DNA of 64,000 nucleotides from positions 21,266,001 to 21,330,000 of the forward strand of contig NC_090370.1 of NCBI RefSeq assembly GCF_035084215.1, written 5' to 3'. This DNA is from Heptranchias perlo. Its lineage: Eukaryota. Positions within the stretch are counted from its first letter, which is position 1, and every line of letters begins with the position of its first letter. Below the pieces are notes generated by a model. The model was not told the DNA's origin and ran no database searches. It saw nothing but the letters and a program-made list of their open reading frames with translations. Both the position numbers and the translations under genes were made by a program. Positions 37,215-52,399 of this stretch are shown in pieces.

Positions 37215-40200
37215 AGGTCAGTCTCTGGTACTGGATGTGAGAGTGGGGTTTATTGTGTATCTGTCTGTCTCTGGTACTGTGCGTGAGTTTGGGATTCTTT
37301 CTGTATCTGTCAGTCTCTGGTGCTGAGTGTGAGCATGGGGTATATTCTGCATCTGTCACTCTCAGGTACTATATATAAGTGATGGATTTGTTCTGTATCT
37401 GTCAGTCTCAATTGCTTTATGTGAGTTTGGGAATAATTCTGGTACTGTCTGTGTGTGGGGGGGATACATTCTGTATCTGCCATTCTCTGCTACTTTATCT
37501 CAGTGAGGGATTCATTCTGTAATTCAGTCTCTGAGACAATGTGCAAGTCTGGATTCATTTTGGGTTCTTATTTCAGTTTACAGTATCGTATTTGAAACTG
37601 TATCTTTACCACTTCAAAGTAGATACAGTTCTTCGTCGAGTATTTGATTTGTTAATATAGATACACTTTTCGATTTTCTTTAATCAAGCACCATGTGTGA
37701 GTTTTGGCTCAGTGTTACATCTTAATCTCTGAACTCTATTGTGAATGATAATGTACCTTTCAATCTGTTCACGTTGAAATTACTGGACTGGTATATAATG
37801 TGTCGTTCAAACTGCAATAATGGGATTAATTCTGCATCTGAGTCTAACACTGTATGAGATATTTGGACTGGTGAGTAACATATAGCTCAGTCTGTGCTAA
37901 TGGAATCGATATTGTATCTTTGAGTCTGATATTGTATGAGATTGTTGGACTGCTCTATAATGTGTGGCTCAGTCTGCACGAATAGAATCGATACGGTATC
38001 TTTCAGTCTAAAAGTGTATGAGATTGTTGGACTGTTATATAATGTTAAGCTAATAGAATTTAAACGATATCTTCCAGTCTGATCATCTATTTGATTTTTG
38101 GACTCGTATGCAATGTGTAGCTCAGTCTGTACCAATGGTATTGATGATGTTTATTTCAGTATAACACGAGTATTTACCAATATATCGAATATGTAGCTCA
38201 GTCTGCACCAATGGAATTGATACTGTATCTTTCAATCTGACCCTATGAGATTTTTGGACTGGTATGTAATGTGTAGCTCAGTCCGCAGTAATGCGAGTGT
38301 GAGATTCATTCTGTATCTGTCAGACTCTGGTACTTTGCGTGAGTGTGAGATTCATTCTACAACTGTCAGACTCTGGAACTGTGTGTGAGTGTGGGATTCA
38401 TTCTGTATCTGTCAGTCTCTGATGCTGTGTGTGAGTGTGGGATTCATTCTGTATCTGTCTGTCTCTGGTGCTGTGTGTGAGTGTGAGATTCATTCTACAA
38501 CTGTCAGACTCTGGTACTGTGCATGAGTGAGATTCATTCTGTTCCTGGTACGGTATGTGAGTGTAGGATTCATTCTATATCTGTCAGTCTCTGGTACTGG
38601 CTGTGAGCATGGGGTATATTCTGCATCTCTCAGTCTCAGGGGTACTATATATCAGTGATGGATTCATTCTGTATCTGTCAGTCTCTGATACTGTGTGTGA
38701 GTGTGGGATTCATTCTGTGTCTGTCAGTCTCTGGTACTTTATCTCAGTGTGGGATTCATTCTTTAATTCAGTATCTTCCAGTCTGAACATTTGAGGTTTT
38801 TGAACGAGTATGTAATGTGTAGCTCAGTCTGTATCAATGGTATTGATACTGTTTATTTCAGTATAATACTCTGAGTATTTACCAATATATCTAATATGTA
38901 GCTCAGTCTGCACTAGTGGATTTGATACTGTATCTTTCAATCTGACACAATGAGATTTTTGCTCTGGTACGTAATTTGTAACTCAGCCTGCACTAATGTA
39001 GGTGACTATGAGATTCACTTTGTATCTCTCAGTCTCTTGGTACTGCGTGTGAGTGTGGGATTCATGCTGCATCTGTCACTCCCTGGTACTCAATTTAACT
39101 GTGGGATTCATTCAGTATATACATTCTCGAGTACTGTGTGTGGGTGTTGAATTACATCCATATATGCAGTTTCTCATAATGTATGTTAGTATGGGATTCA
39201 TTCAGTATCTGTCATTCTCAGGTACTGTGTGTGAGTGTGGGATTCATTCAGTATCTGTCAGTCTCTGGTGCTGTGTGTGAGCGTGGGATTCATTCTGTAT
39301 CTGTCTGTCTCTGGTGCTGTGTGTGAGCGTGGGATTCATTCTGTATCTGTCAGTCTCTGGTACTGTTTGTGAGTGTGGGATTCATTCTGTATCTGTCTGT
39401 CTCTGGTGATGTGAGTGAGTGTGGGATTCATTCTGTATCTGTCAGTCTCTGGTACTGTTTGTGAGTGTGGGATTCATTCTGTATTTGTCTGTCTCTGGTG
39501 CTGTGTGTGAGTGTGGGATTCATTCTGTATTTGTCTGTCTCTGGTGCTGTGTGTGAGTGTGGGATTCATTCTGTATCTGTCAGTCTCTGATACTGTGTGT
39601 GAGTGTGGGATTCATTCTGTGTCTGTCAGTCTCTGGTACTTTATCTCAGTGTGGGATTCATTCTTTAATTCAGTATCTTCCAGTCTGAACATTTGAGGTT
39701 TTTGAACGAGTATGTAATGTGTAGCTCAGTCTGTATCAATGGTATTGATACTGTTTATTTCAGTATAATACTCTGAGTATTTACCAATATATCTAATATG
39801 TAGCTCAGTCTGCACTAGTGGATTTGATACTGTATCTTTCAATCTGACACAATGAGATTTTTGCTCTGGTACGTAATTTGTAACTCAGCCTGCACTAATG
39901 TAGGTGACTATGAGATTCACTTTGTATCTCTCAGTCTCTTGGTACTGCGTGTGAGTGTGGGATTCATGCTGCATCTGTCACTCCCTGGTACTCAATTTAA
40001 CTGTGGGATTCATTCAGTATATACATTCTCTAGTACTGTGTGTGGGTGTTGAATTACATCCATATATGCAGTTTCTCATAATGTATGTTAGTATGGGATT
40101 CATTCAGTATCTGTCATTCTCAGGTACTGTGTGTGAGTGTGGGATTCATTCAGTATCTGTCAGTCTCTGGTGCTGTGTGTGAGCGTGGGATTCATTCTGT

Positions 40201-41200
40201 ATCTGTCTGTCTCTGGTGCTGTGTGTGAGCGTGGGATTCATTCTGTATCTGTCAGTCTCTGGTACTGTTTGTGAGTGTGGGATTCATTCTGTATCTGTCT
40301 GTCTCTGGTGATGTGAGTGAGTGTGGGATTCATTCTGTATCTGTCAGTCTCTGGTACTGTTTGTGAGTGTGGGATTCATTCTGTATTTGTCTGTCTCTGG
40401 TGCTGTGTGTGAGTGTGGGATTCATTCTGTATTTGTCTGTCTCTGGTGCTGTGTGTGAGTGTGGGATTCATTCTGTATCTGTCAGTCTCTGGTACAGTGT
40501 GTGAGTGTGGGATTCATACTTTACCTCTCAGTCCCTAGTGCTTTATGAGATTGTGGGATGAACTCAGTACCTGTCAGTCCTTGGTGCTGTATGCCTGTGT
40601 GGGATTCATTCTGTATCTATCATGTCTGGTACCATATTTGAGTGTGGTACTTACTCTGTGTCTGTCTGTCTCTCGTACTGTATGTGAGTGTGGGATTCAT
40701 TCTGTGTCTGTGTGTCTCTGTACTGTATCTGTGTGAGAGATTCATTCTGCATCTGTACATAGTTATTCTCTCAGATTACATTATCATGTTCAATATTGTA
40801 GGATTAGTACCTTAATGCTTAAATAGTTTTTCTCATTATTTAATTGGTAAATATGGACACACTTTAGAATTTGATGCTGGAGCTTTTAATCTGATAATTT
40901 GTGTGCTTTTTGAACTACTATTAAACCTGTATCTCTGTGAGTAATATTGTGAATGATAATGTATCTTTCAAAATGATATGGTGACATTTTGGAATTGGTC
41001 TATAATGTGTAGATCTGTCTGCACGAAAGGAATTGATACTGCATCTCTAAATTTTATTTGAGAATATTTTTGGACTCATGTGTAATGTGTATCTCAGTCT
41101 GTGCTAATAGAATTGATACTGTATCTTTAAATCTCATACTATGAGTATATTATAAACTGGTATCTAATTTGTTTCTCAGGTTACACTGTCACAGCATTTC
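37215..41200. repeat. Composite 46-bp/82-bp satellite (inverted) including a 902-bp tandem duplication
   Basis: GTGAGTGTGGGATTCATTCTGTATCTGTCAGTCTCTGGTACTGTGT units; identical ORFs at 38950 and 39852. Confidence 0.9.
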
Positions 41201-41322
41201 TCAATCTGATACTGTACATGAGTTTTGACTTGCAATTTGTATCTCTTGATACGCTATTCAAATGGATACTGCATTAATTAAACTCACGTGTTTGTGAGAG
41301 TTCTGGGCTGGTATTCAATTTG

Positions 41323-42427
41323 GTCGGTTGTTATATAAAGTTAAATTTCACGGGATCCAAGGTGAGGTAGCCAATTGGATAAAAAAATTGGCTTGGCGAC
41401 AGAAGACAGAGGGTGGTTGTGGAGGGTTGTTTTTCAAACTGGAGGCCTGTGACCAGCGGTGTGCCTCAGGGATCGGTGCTGCGTCCGCTGTTATTTGTTA
41501 TGTATATTAATGATTTGGATGAGAATTTAGGAGGCATGGTTAGTAAGTTTGCAGATGACACCAAGATTGGTGGACAACGGGATCTTGATAAATTGGGCCA
41601 GTGGGCCGATGAAAGGCAGATAGAGTTTAATTTAGATAAATGTGAGGTGATGCATTTTGGTAGATCGAATTGGGCCAGGACCTACTCCGTTAACGGTAGG
41701 GCGTTGGGGAGAGTTATAGAACAAAGAGATCTAGGAGTACAGGTTCATAGCTCCTTGAAAGTGGAGTCACAGGTGGATGGGGTGGTGAAGAAGGCATTCA
41801 GCATGCTTGGTTTCATTGGTCAGAACATTGAATACAGGAGTTGGGATGTCTTGTTGAAGTTGTACAAGACATTAGTAAGGCCACACTTGGAATACTGTGT
41901 ACAGTTCTGGTCACCCTATTATAGAAAGGATATTATTAAACTAGAAAGAGTGCAGAAAAGATTTACTGGGATGCTACCGGGACTTGATGGTTTGACTTAT
42001 CGGGAGAGGTTGGATAGACTGAGACTTTTTTCCCTGGAGAGTCGGAGTTCTAGGGGTGATCTTATAGAAGTCCATAAAATAATGAGGGGCATAGATAAGG
42101 TAGATCGTCAAAATCTTTTGCCAAAGGTAGGGGAGTCCATAACGAGGGGACATAGATTTAAGGTGAGAGGGGAGAGATACAAAAGGGTCCAGAGGGGCAA
42201 TTTTTTCACTCAAAGGGTGGTGATTGTCTGGAACGAGCTGCCAGAGGCAGTAGTAGAGGCGGGTACAATTTTGTCTTTTAAAAAGCATTTGGACAGTTAC
42301 ATGGGTAAGATGGGTATAGAGGGATATGGGCCAAGTGCAGGCAATTGGGTCTAGCTTAGTGGTATAAACTGGGCGACATGGACATGTTGGGCCGAAGGGC
42401 CTGTTTCCATGTTGTAACTTCTATGAT
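41323..42427 (+). mobile_element. Young 5'-truncated CR1 LINE
   Basis: Open 313-aa RT C-terminus 41413..42354 (GVPQGSVL, FADDTK, RPHLEYCVQFWSP, WNELP); TTCTATGA tail; empty site in the paralog at ~60440. Confidence 0.93.
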
Positions 42428-43349
42428 AATCTCGGGGTATCTGGTATTTAATCCATGGCTAATGTTGCCCTTTATGAAATTGACAACCTGAAAGCGTGAC
42501 TTTGTACTGGGATTTTTGTATCTTCCTGTCAGCGGGACTGAGTTCGGGGGAAATGGAAACAGCGTCTGCCTCACCTGCTCTGTTTGACTGTTGGATTGAA
42601 AATGTGTCTCTGGAACCTGGGATCAGTGTGGGACTGACCGCTTCTGCTGTCTGAGACTGTGGACCTGATTACTGTCTGTGTCTCTGTGCTCTGTGAGTGA
42701 CAATATACCTACTGTGTGTGAGAAGGAGCTGGCTGCACTGTTCCTTTGCCTCGGGTGGAGGAAACTTCACATTCATTCTGGATCCTTCAAATATTTGCCT
42801 GTAGAAAGAAACGTATCTCTTGTAACTCAAGAACAAGTAAGGTAGAAAATGCAAAAGTGATCAGTTTAATATCTCTGTTAATAATTATTTTTAATGTTCA
42901 CAAATGATTTCCAGTGATACAAAGAGTGTCAGTGTCTAACTCCACTGCAGTACTGCAGCTCTCAGCTTCTGTACACCAGGTGTGTTGGGCGGTTTTAAAA
43001 TAATTTAGTAACATCCAGACACAACCCAACCCCTGCACTGATGCATGAATGGGATTACCCGATGGGGCAGGGACCTTTGTGCAGGTCAGGTTTCTAATCC
43101 CCTCTCCCATGGGACTAACCGTTCAACTGAAAGCAAACAGCCGCTGTTCAAAATGTGTCCTTCACACTTCTCACCTGTTGCCTGCAATTGATGCTCTTTG
43201 TTTCACTCCCCACATCTGTTTCCACTCTTCACTGTCCAATAACAATAAACAGAGTGAGACTGGAACTAAACCAGCACCATTCACTCCTGGTTTGGGGAGA
43301 GAAAGCAGCAATGATTTTAATAGCAGGTTCTTCCCATTCTCTCTCCCAC

Positions 43350-43705
43350 ACCCTGTGCACACACAGCCCGAGAATGCCCTCTCCCTTCCCCCTCTCACTC
43401 CATGTTCCGGGACCAGTTCCTGATCCACTCCGCCTCTTACAAACAGCCCCCGGACTCAATGCCGATCTCTGAGCCCATCTGCGGACACGGTCCCGAAGCG
43501 ATGAGCTGCTGTAACGAGGCTGCTCTTTGCTCCCTTCCCCCGGGGGCCGTGATCTCTCCATTCCCGGCTGTTTTAAACCATCTTCTTCCGCTCACTGAGG
43601 GAATGGCGCCCACAGGCCGAGCTGGGGGAGGGGAGCGCGCATGCGCTCTTCTGCTCACCAGCAAGCAGCGCTGGGGGCGGGGCTGAATCACGCATGCGCA
43701 GATAT
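43350..43705 (-). promoter_or_regulatory. CpG-rich promoter-like element, copy 3 (inverted)
   Basis: Reverse complement of 8055-8400. Confidence 0.6.
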
Positions 43706-45046
43706 CTGGTTTAATTCCCAACACAAAAATCGATGGAAACTTTCCTCAATTGGAATTTTTCAGAGTCTGAGCAAAGGAAGTGGGGGAAAGGTCAGAGGGA
43801 ATGGGGTCCACAGGCAGTGCAGGGACAGGCACCAGAATGGGAAACAGATGGGATTCCACCAGTGCCGAACGCTGGAATCCAGACTGACTTTACAATCTCC
43901 AACTGTTAAACGAGATGTTTCCATCCCTGCTGTTTCTCTCGGTATATTTTGATGGTAAAGGGGCTTTCACAGATAAAGTGGGACGTTTTGAAATGAGCCA
44001 ATGGGTTCTGTTCATTCTTGGCCCCTTTACTAATTAAGTAACGTGTGACTCCGAAACTGAAGGCAGGATTTCTCAAACCAATCCTGGAGAAACATGGGAG
44101 AAAAATGGGAGTCGGTGTTTTTGCTGGGACCGTGTGGGATTAACATCAGACGGCAACAGTCCCAGATTAATGTAATCAGAGTGAAACTCACGGACACTGA
44201 GAGTAATAGCGAACGGAACTGGTCTGCAAAACCGAATATAGTACAACAGGCAAGAGAGGGTTAAATTCGGCCCACATTGTTTTTGTCACTCTCTGCACTG
44301 TCCCTGAGTGTGGGATTAATAGTGTGTCCGTCTCTGGTATATCAGTGAGAGATAAGAATGCATCTTCTGTCTCTCCAACGGGATTTTCTGGATAAAGCGC
44401 AACCTCACAGGTCAGCCTGGAACTGATACTGTGGCACTGTGCCTCTCCGCTCGCTCTGTCACCGTATCTGTCTTCCTTTCTCTCTCACTCTCTGATGCTC
44501 GATATGAAGGTTGGATACAGATATTGAGCGTGATATGAACACACTGATAGGAAGTGTAAGACTGACAGGCTCTGTCTCTCTCTCCAGTGCTGGACATGAT
44601 CCCCATATGGAACCAACGCGGGTTGGTGGACTCGAAACACGGTTTACCAGTCAACAAGGCGAAAGGCGAGTAATATTTCTGATCTCCTGGGCACCAGGCC
44701 GTTTACTGTTATTTGTTTCTGTTAGGAGTTACATTTCAGTGATTCCCCAGTGAGTTTGATGCGTTATGTAAATAATCCAACAAAATAGAACAGAAACGGA
44801 GTGAAGCGCTGAATCCCGCAGATGTAGAAAGGTTAGTCGAGCAGTTCTGGTGATGCTTTACGAGACCAGCATGGGGTCCAGAAGTTACCGTTTAAAGTAC
44901 CGGACTGTGGTCGGTGCCCCGAATCCAGTCCCATTAATACCTCATCTCGTCCACACCGAGACAAAAGCAGCTCAAAGCAGCACTGGTAGCATGATATCAG
45001 CGTCTCCCTTCAGACAGTAACCAGTCCTTTCACAGATACAGTGGGT

Positions 45047-45062
45047 GGCTCTGAAAAGAGCC
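45047..45062 (-). terminator. Histone stem-loop separated from its H2A pseudogene by a CR1
   Basis: Reverse complement GGCTCTTTTCAGAGCC ACCCA. Confidence 0.88.
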
Positions 45063-45065
45063 TTT

Positions 45066-46060
45066 ACATCGAGTTACATCGAAATTACGTCACAGAAACA
45101 GGCCATTCGGCCCAATTGGTCTGATGCCGGCGTTTCTGCTGCTCACGCGCCTCCTCCTTCCTTACTTCATCTTACCCTATCGGCATATCCTTCTATTCCT
45201 TTCTCTCTCATGTGCTGATCTATCTTCCCCTTAAATGCATCTATGCTATTGGCCTCAGCTATCCTAAGAAACCCTATCATTAATGAAAATCAGTCTTGTC
45301 TTTTCTACTGAAACGAGACCCAGTCTGCTCAGCCTTTCCTGATAAGAATATCCTCTCATTTCTGGTATCATCCTTGTGAATCTTTTTTTGCATCTTCTCC
45401 AATGCCCCTATGTCTGTAATATGGTGACCAGAAATGTTCGCATTATTCCAAATGTGGTCTCACCAAGATCCCATACTAGTTGAACATAACTTCTTAGCTT
45501 TTCAATTCTATCCCTCCAGAAATTAATCCCAGTGTTTGATTTGCCTTTTTATCACCAGCGTCGCTACTTTCAGTAATTTGTTCATCTGCACCACGAGATC
45601 CCTTTGCTCCTCTATCCCGTTTAGACTCTTATTATCCAAACAGTATGTGATCTCCTTATTCTTCATTCTGCAAGTTTATTAATGTCCTCTTGAATTTTGA
45701 CACATTCTTCCTTTGTATTAAATACACCCCCCAATTTGATGTCATCAGCAAATTTTGAAATTGTACATCCGATTCCGGAATCCAAATCATTATTGTAAAT
45801 TGTAAAAAACAGTGGTCCCAGCACCGATCCCTGTGGAACTCCACTTCCCAACTTTTGCCAGTCTGAGTACCGACCCTGGACCTCTTTTCTCGGTTTTCTG
45901 TTTTGTCGCCAGCTTCCGATCCATTCTAAAACCTGTCCACTGACTCCACGTGCTCTGAACTCAGCCATGAGTCTACAATGTGGTACATTATCGAAGGCCT
46001 TCGGAAAATCCAAATCTATCACATCTACTACATGAACCTTGTCTTTCTGTTCCTTCCTCA
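45066..46060 (-). mobile_element. CR1 RT fragment in the H2A 3' UTR
   Basis: ORF 45663..46061 (LDFPKAFDNVPH, GVPQGSVLGP, FADD). Confidence 0.88.
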
Positions 46061-46119
46061 AATGATTTAATAAGTTTGTTCGTGTCCTTGCCCTGTTATT
46101 AGATTAAATCTTGGCCGCT

Positions 46120-46505
46120 TCACTTGTTCTTGATGCTCCCAGCGCTTTTCTTCGGGAGCAGCACGGCCTGGATATTAGGCAGCACCCCGCCCTGAGCGAT
46201 GGTCACCCCTCCCAGCAGTTTGTTGAGCTCCTCGTCGTTGCGGACGGCGAGTTGCAGGTGTCTGGGAATGATGCGGGTCTTCTTGTTGTCGCGGGCCGCA
46301 TTACCGACCAGTTCGAGGATTTCAGCCGTCAGATACTTGAGCACAGCAGCCTGACAGACCGGAGCTCCGGAACCCACACATTCAGCAGAGTTCCCCTTTC
46401 TCAGGACCTGTGAACACGGCCCACAGGTAACTGCAGTCCGGTCCGGGATGAGCGAGACTTGGCCTTGGCCCGAGTTTTACCACCGGATTTTCCTCTTCCA
46501 GACAT
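46120..46505 (-). pseudogene. H2A: Histone H2A pseudogene
   Basis: Split between ORFs 46401..46661 and 46120..46377 by a frameshift at CACAGGTCCTG. Confidence 0.93.
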
Positions 46506-47084
46506 TTCCACAATCTCACAAACACTGTCACAAAGAATGAAGAAATCCTCCAGAGCTCGCCCTTCTACCTTCTGGAGGATTGCAGTGAGGGCCACTTTTG
46601 ATGGGTCTCTCTCAAAGTGTTTACACTGCCCCCCCACCCTCACTGATATTCTATCTTTCAACTGCTGTAATATTGTCCTTTAGCAATTTTGCTACTCCTC
46701 CTCCTTTCCCTGCTTCTCTGTCCTTTCTAAAGATCTTATAGACTTGAATATTAAGCTGACATTTGTGCCCAGTTGGTAGTCAGGTCTCAGTAATGATTTC
46801 ATGAAATTATTTAACTTTACTCGATGGCTGATATGTGTTGCGGCAAAGTGTATTTCCACTGGTCAAGTATTGCAGGGATCGAGGATCTCTTCAGTCCGAT
46901 ATCAGGTGAACAATTACTGGCTGTTGTGTAATTTCCATTGATTGGGGCTTGGCGTCATCGACTGGGCGGAAACGGGAACTGCAACAGAGCGAGAAAGGAT
47001 CCGTCAGAAACCAGTTTAAAGTGAGAACAAAATGTGTGTTCAGGATCTAATGGGTAAAAACTATTTTATTGATGATTATTTCCA

Positions 47085-47156
47085 GCGATGGTGGTATAGT
47101 GGTGAGTATAGCTGCCTTCTAAGCAGTTGACCCGGGTTTGATCCCCGGCCATCGCA
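47085..47156 (+). tRNA. tRNA-Gly-derived gene or pseudogene with anticodon TCT
   Basis: GCGATGGTGGTATAGTGGTGAGTATAGCTGCCTTCTAAGCAGTTGACCCGGGTTTGATCCCCGGCCATCGCA; full cloverleaf, T-loop TTCGA changed to TTTGA. Confidence 0.7.
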
Positions 47157-47234
47157 ATTCAATGTTTACATTCATCTGCTTTCTTCAGAAACTCTAAGTT
47201 TGCAGCCGAATTTGTTGCAGTTCAGCTCTGTCAG

Positions 47235-48070
47235 CCCGAAGATTGGGAAAACTTTAAAAACCAGCATAGAATGACTAAAAGAATAATAAAGAGAGACACA
47301 ATAAATTATGAGAGTAAACTAGCAAGAAATATAAAAACTGACAGTAAAAGCTTCCACAAGTATATAAAAAGGAAGAGGGCAGCTAAAGGAAACATTGTTC
47401 AAACAGCGGCCAAAGGCGGAGGAGCAGAGGGAAGGGCTGTGGAGCAGGAGGAGATTACAGAGATAGGGAGGGTAAGGACGACGATAAGCCATGATCTTAT
47501 TGAATACGGGAGCAGCTCGAGGGGCTTCATGGCCTCTTCCTGCTCCTATTACTTGTGTTCTTATACAAGAAAGAAAAATTAAACTGCAGGCTCAGGAGAC
47601 AGGAAGCCATTGCAGGTCAATGAGGACTTGGGTGATTGGTGAGGGACTTAGTGCGGGATAGGATACGGACAGCAGAGTTTTGGATGAGCTGAAGTTTGTG
47701 GAGAGGCCGGAGAGGAGAACAAAGGCCAGAGACGTTTCAAACCCATGGCTGAGGGTTTTAGTTGCAGATGGGCTCGGCAGGTGGGACGTTACGGATGTAG
47801 AAGTAGGCGGTCTTTGGTATGGAGCGGGTATGGGGTCAGAAGCTTCGCAGTTATCAACAGTCAGGATCAGCCTCAGACGAAAGCCAGGCATGGGGTTGGA
47901 ATCAGTGGCAATGATGTGGAAGTTGTGGGACCAAAGACTCTCCAATTGTAACCAGAGGAAATTGTGGCTCATCTGAAAAACGATGTCGGTCTGATAAAAC
48001 AAAGACCTGGAAGGATCAAGGGAGGCGGTGGTTTTGTCAGCGTACATCTGAAAGCTGGTCCGTGTCTGCG
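47235..48070. mobile_element. Mixed old LINE fragments (CR1 and L2-like)
   Basis: YESKLARNIKTDSKSFHKYIKRKR (+); PITQVLIDLQWLPV (-). Confidence 0.6.
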
Positions 48071-48079
48071 ATGATGTGC

Positions 48080-49195
48080 CCCATTGTCCAGTGTGCATTA
48101 CTCCTAAGTGCTTCACATTGTTCAGATGTGACCCAGTATCCAGTGTGCATTATTAAATGTTACACGATGTGATGCAGTGTCCGGTGTGCATTAAGATTCG
48201 ATGTTTCACATTGACCATAGTTGGCCCAGTGTTTAATGTGCATTATTACTAAATGCTTCATATTGACATTGCAGTGTCCAATGTGTATCATTATTAATAA
48301 ATGTATCTCATTGACCAGATGTGGTCCAGGGTCCAGTGTGCATTATTATTAAATGTTACACGTTGACGAGATGTGGCAGTGTCCAATCTGCATTATTAAT
48401 GAATGTTTCACATTGACCAGATGTGGGCTAGTGTACATTGTACATTGTTGTTAAATGATTGACAGTGACCAGATGTGACCGAGCGGCCAGTGTGCATTAT
48501 TATTACATGTTTCTCATTGACCAGATGTGGTTGAGAGTCCCGTGTGCACTGTTATTAAATGTTTCAAATTGGCCAGATGTGACCCAATTTCCAGTGTACA
48601 TTAGAATTACATGTTTCACATTGACCCGTTGTACCCCAGTGTCTAGTGTGCATTATTATTAAGTGTATTACAATGGCGATATATGCCCCAGTCTCCAGAG
48701 TGCATCAGATTGTCCATATGTAGCCCAGAGTCAAGTGCAGATTATTAATAAACGTTTCTCATTGACCAGATATGGCCCATTGTCCACTGTGCATTATTAT
48801 TAAATGTTTCACATTGACAAGATGTGACCCAGTGTCCAGTGTACAATATTACTAAATGTTACAGGTCAACCAGATGTAACCCAGTGCCCAGTGTGCATTA
48901 TTATTAAATGTTATAGGTTTTCCATATCAGACCCAGTGTTCAATGTGCATTATTATTAAATGTTTCCGTTGACCAGATATGCCCCAGTGACCAGTGTCCA
49001 TTATTACTAAATGTTTCACTGAGGCCAGTTATGCGCAAGTCTCCAATGTGAATTATTAGTAAATGTTTCAGATGGACCAAATGTGGCCCAATGTCAATTG
49101 TTCATTATTATTAAATGTTTCTCATTGACCAGATGAGGTCCAGTGTGCATTAATATTGCATGTTACAGGTTGGCCGGATGTGAAACAGTGCCCAA
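48080..49195. repeat. ~52-bp AT-rich satellite (about 20 degenerate units)
   Basis: CCAGATGTGACCCAGTGTCCAGTGTGCATTATTATTAAATGTTTCACATTGA; TTGAC at 48311, 48363, 48413. Confidence 0.85.
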
Positions 49196-49746
49196 TCTTC
49201 GGGCTTACCAGTAATCTTTGCCATGTTGTATGCTTTTTCTTTTAACCTGATACCATCCTTGACTTCCTTCGTTAGCCATGGTTGGTTCACCCTTTTTGTG
49301 GGGTCTTTCCTCCTCACAGGGATACATTTTTGGTGCGAGTCATAAAATATATTTTGAAATGTTTGCCACTACTGATCCATCATCATACCATCTAATCTGT
49401 TTACCAATCCACTTTAGCCAATTCCGCCCTCATTCCTTTATAATTGCCCTTATTTAACTTTTATACAGTAGTTTCAATCCCAAGATTCTCGTTGTCAAAC
49501 TGGATGTGAAATTCTATCATGTTATGATCACAGCTTCCCAAGGGATCCTTCACTTTGAGATCATTAATTAATCCTGTTTCGTTCCCCATTACCAAATCCA
49601 AGATGGCCTGTTCCCTGGTTGGTTCCCCGACGTATTGGTCGAAGAAATATTCCCTAATACACTCTATGAACTCCTCTTCAAGGTTATTTTTGCCAATTTG
49701 ATTTGTCCAATCTATATGAAAGTTAAAATCGCCCATGATTATTGCA
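49196..49746 (-). mobile_element. CR1 AP-endonuclease domain fragment
   Basis: ORF 49461..49736 MGDFN...PTREQAILDLV...DHNMIEF. Confidence 0.85.
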
Positions 49747-49749
49747 TTA

Positions 49750-51270
<1,521 letters not shown>

Positions 51271-51750
51271 AATTTTGGGAATTAAGGTTTGGTCATTAAG
51301 CCGCCCCTGACTCCTTTCCCCGTGATACTGGGCCCAGACCAGCACCACTCACCGTGGCTTTGGCGGCGAGGAAGAGCGTGTCCTGGGTGATGCTGAGAAA
51401 CACTAAACGGAACAGAATGACCATTCCACTGGAACAAGTCATCGCTCCACAGAATGAAATGACTGCCTGTCATCCGCCCAACGGGAATTACCGAATAAAA
51501 ATGTGAATGTAAACTTCAGTCCAACATTCAACCAATCAATGTCACGCAATCACGACTTCTGACCACAAAACTGCCCGTGACATTTTATCTCTTTATGAAA
51601 TAAATATTTGCCATTTTCTTATTTAATGTCCAGTTATGGTTCATTTGATTTTCTTGGGTTTGTATTGTGACCGTACCCATCTAATGGCAGTGAGCTGATA
51701 TTGCCAATCCGGCTCGGCATTCTCTGGCGAGCAGTTACCTGCCCTATAAG

Positions 51751-52102
51751 AACATAAGAACAGAAGAAATAGGAGCAGAAGTAGGCCAATCGGACCCTCG
51801 AGCCTGCTCCGCCATTCAATAAGATCATGGCTGATCTGATCCGAACCTCAAATCTAAATTCATGTCCAATTTCCTGCCCACTCCCCGTAACCCCTAATTC
51901 CCTTTACTTCAAGGAAACTGTCTATTTCTGTTTTAAATTTATTTAATGATGTAGCTTCCACAGCTTCCTGGGGCAGCAAATTCCACAGACCTACTATCCT
52001 CTGAGTGAAGAAGTTTCTCCTCATCTCAGTTTTGAAAGAGCAGCCCCTTATTCTAAGATTATGCCCCCTAGTTCTCGTATCACCCATCCTTACTCGTTAC
52101 AC
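51751..52102 (-). mobile_element. Short CR1 3' insertion
   Basis: ORF 51860..52087; flanked by ATAAG at 51746 and 52103; empty site at 3623-3627. Confidence 0.88.
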
Positions 52103-52399
52103 ATAAGCTCCGCTAATAACCTGATATCTGACGAATTTCCTCTCCATGTTCCATTACATTTATGCTTTTCTTTTTAGGGTTCAAACGAGGGGGCACAAAG
52201 TTAAACACAAAGCAATTTGGCAACATGCAGGTCTCCGTATCAATGCAAGAGCACGCAGAAGGAATCCCAATGGACCAAACCCCTTCTCATTCACTGCCAC
52301 TGGAAAAAAATCCAAACAGACCAAACCCTTTCCTATTCCCTCCCATCACAGAGAATCACAAAGAGAAAAACCCCTTCTCATTCCAAGCCATTATCGAGA

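Noticed and set aside
39200-40500. GTGAGT...TTCTGTATCTGTCAG splice-like signals in each satellite unit
   Set aside because: Would define ~31-nt introns, too short for vertebrate splicing
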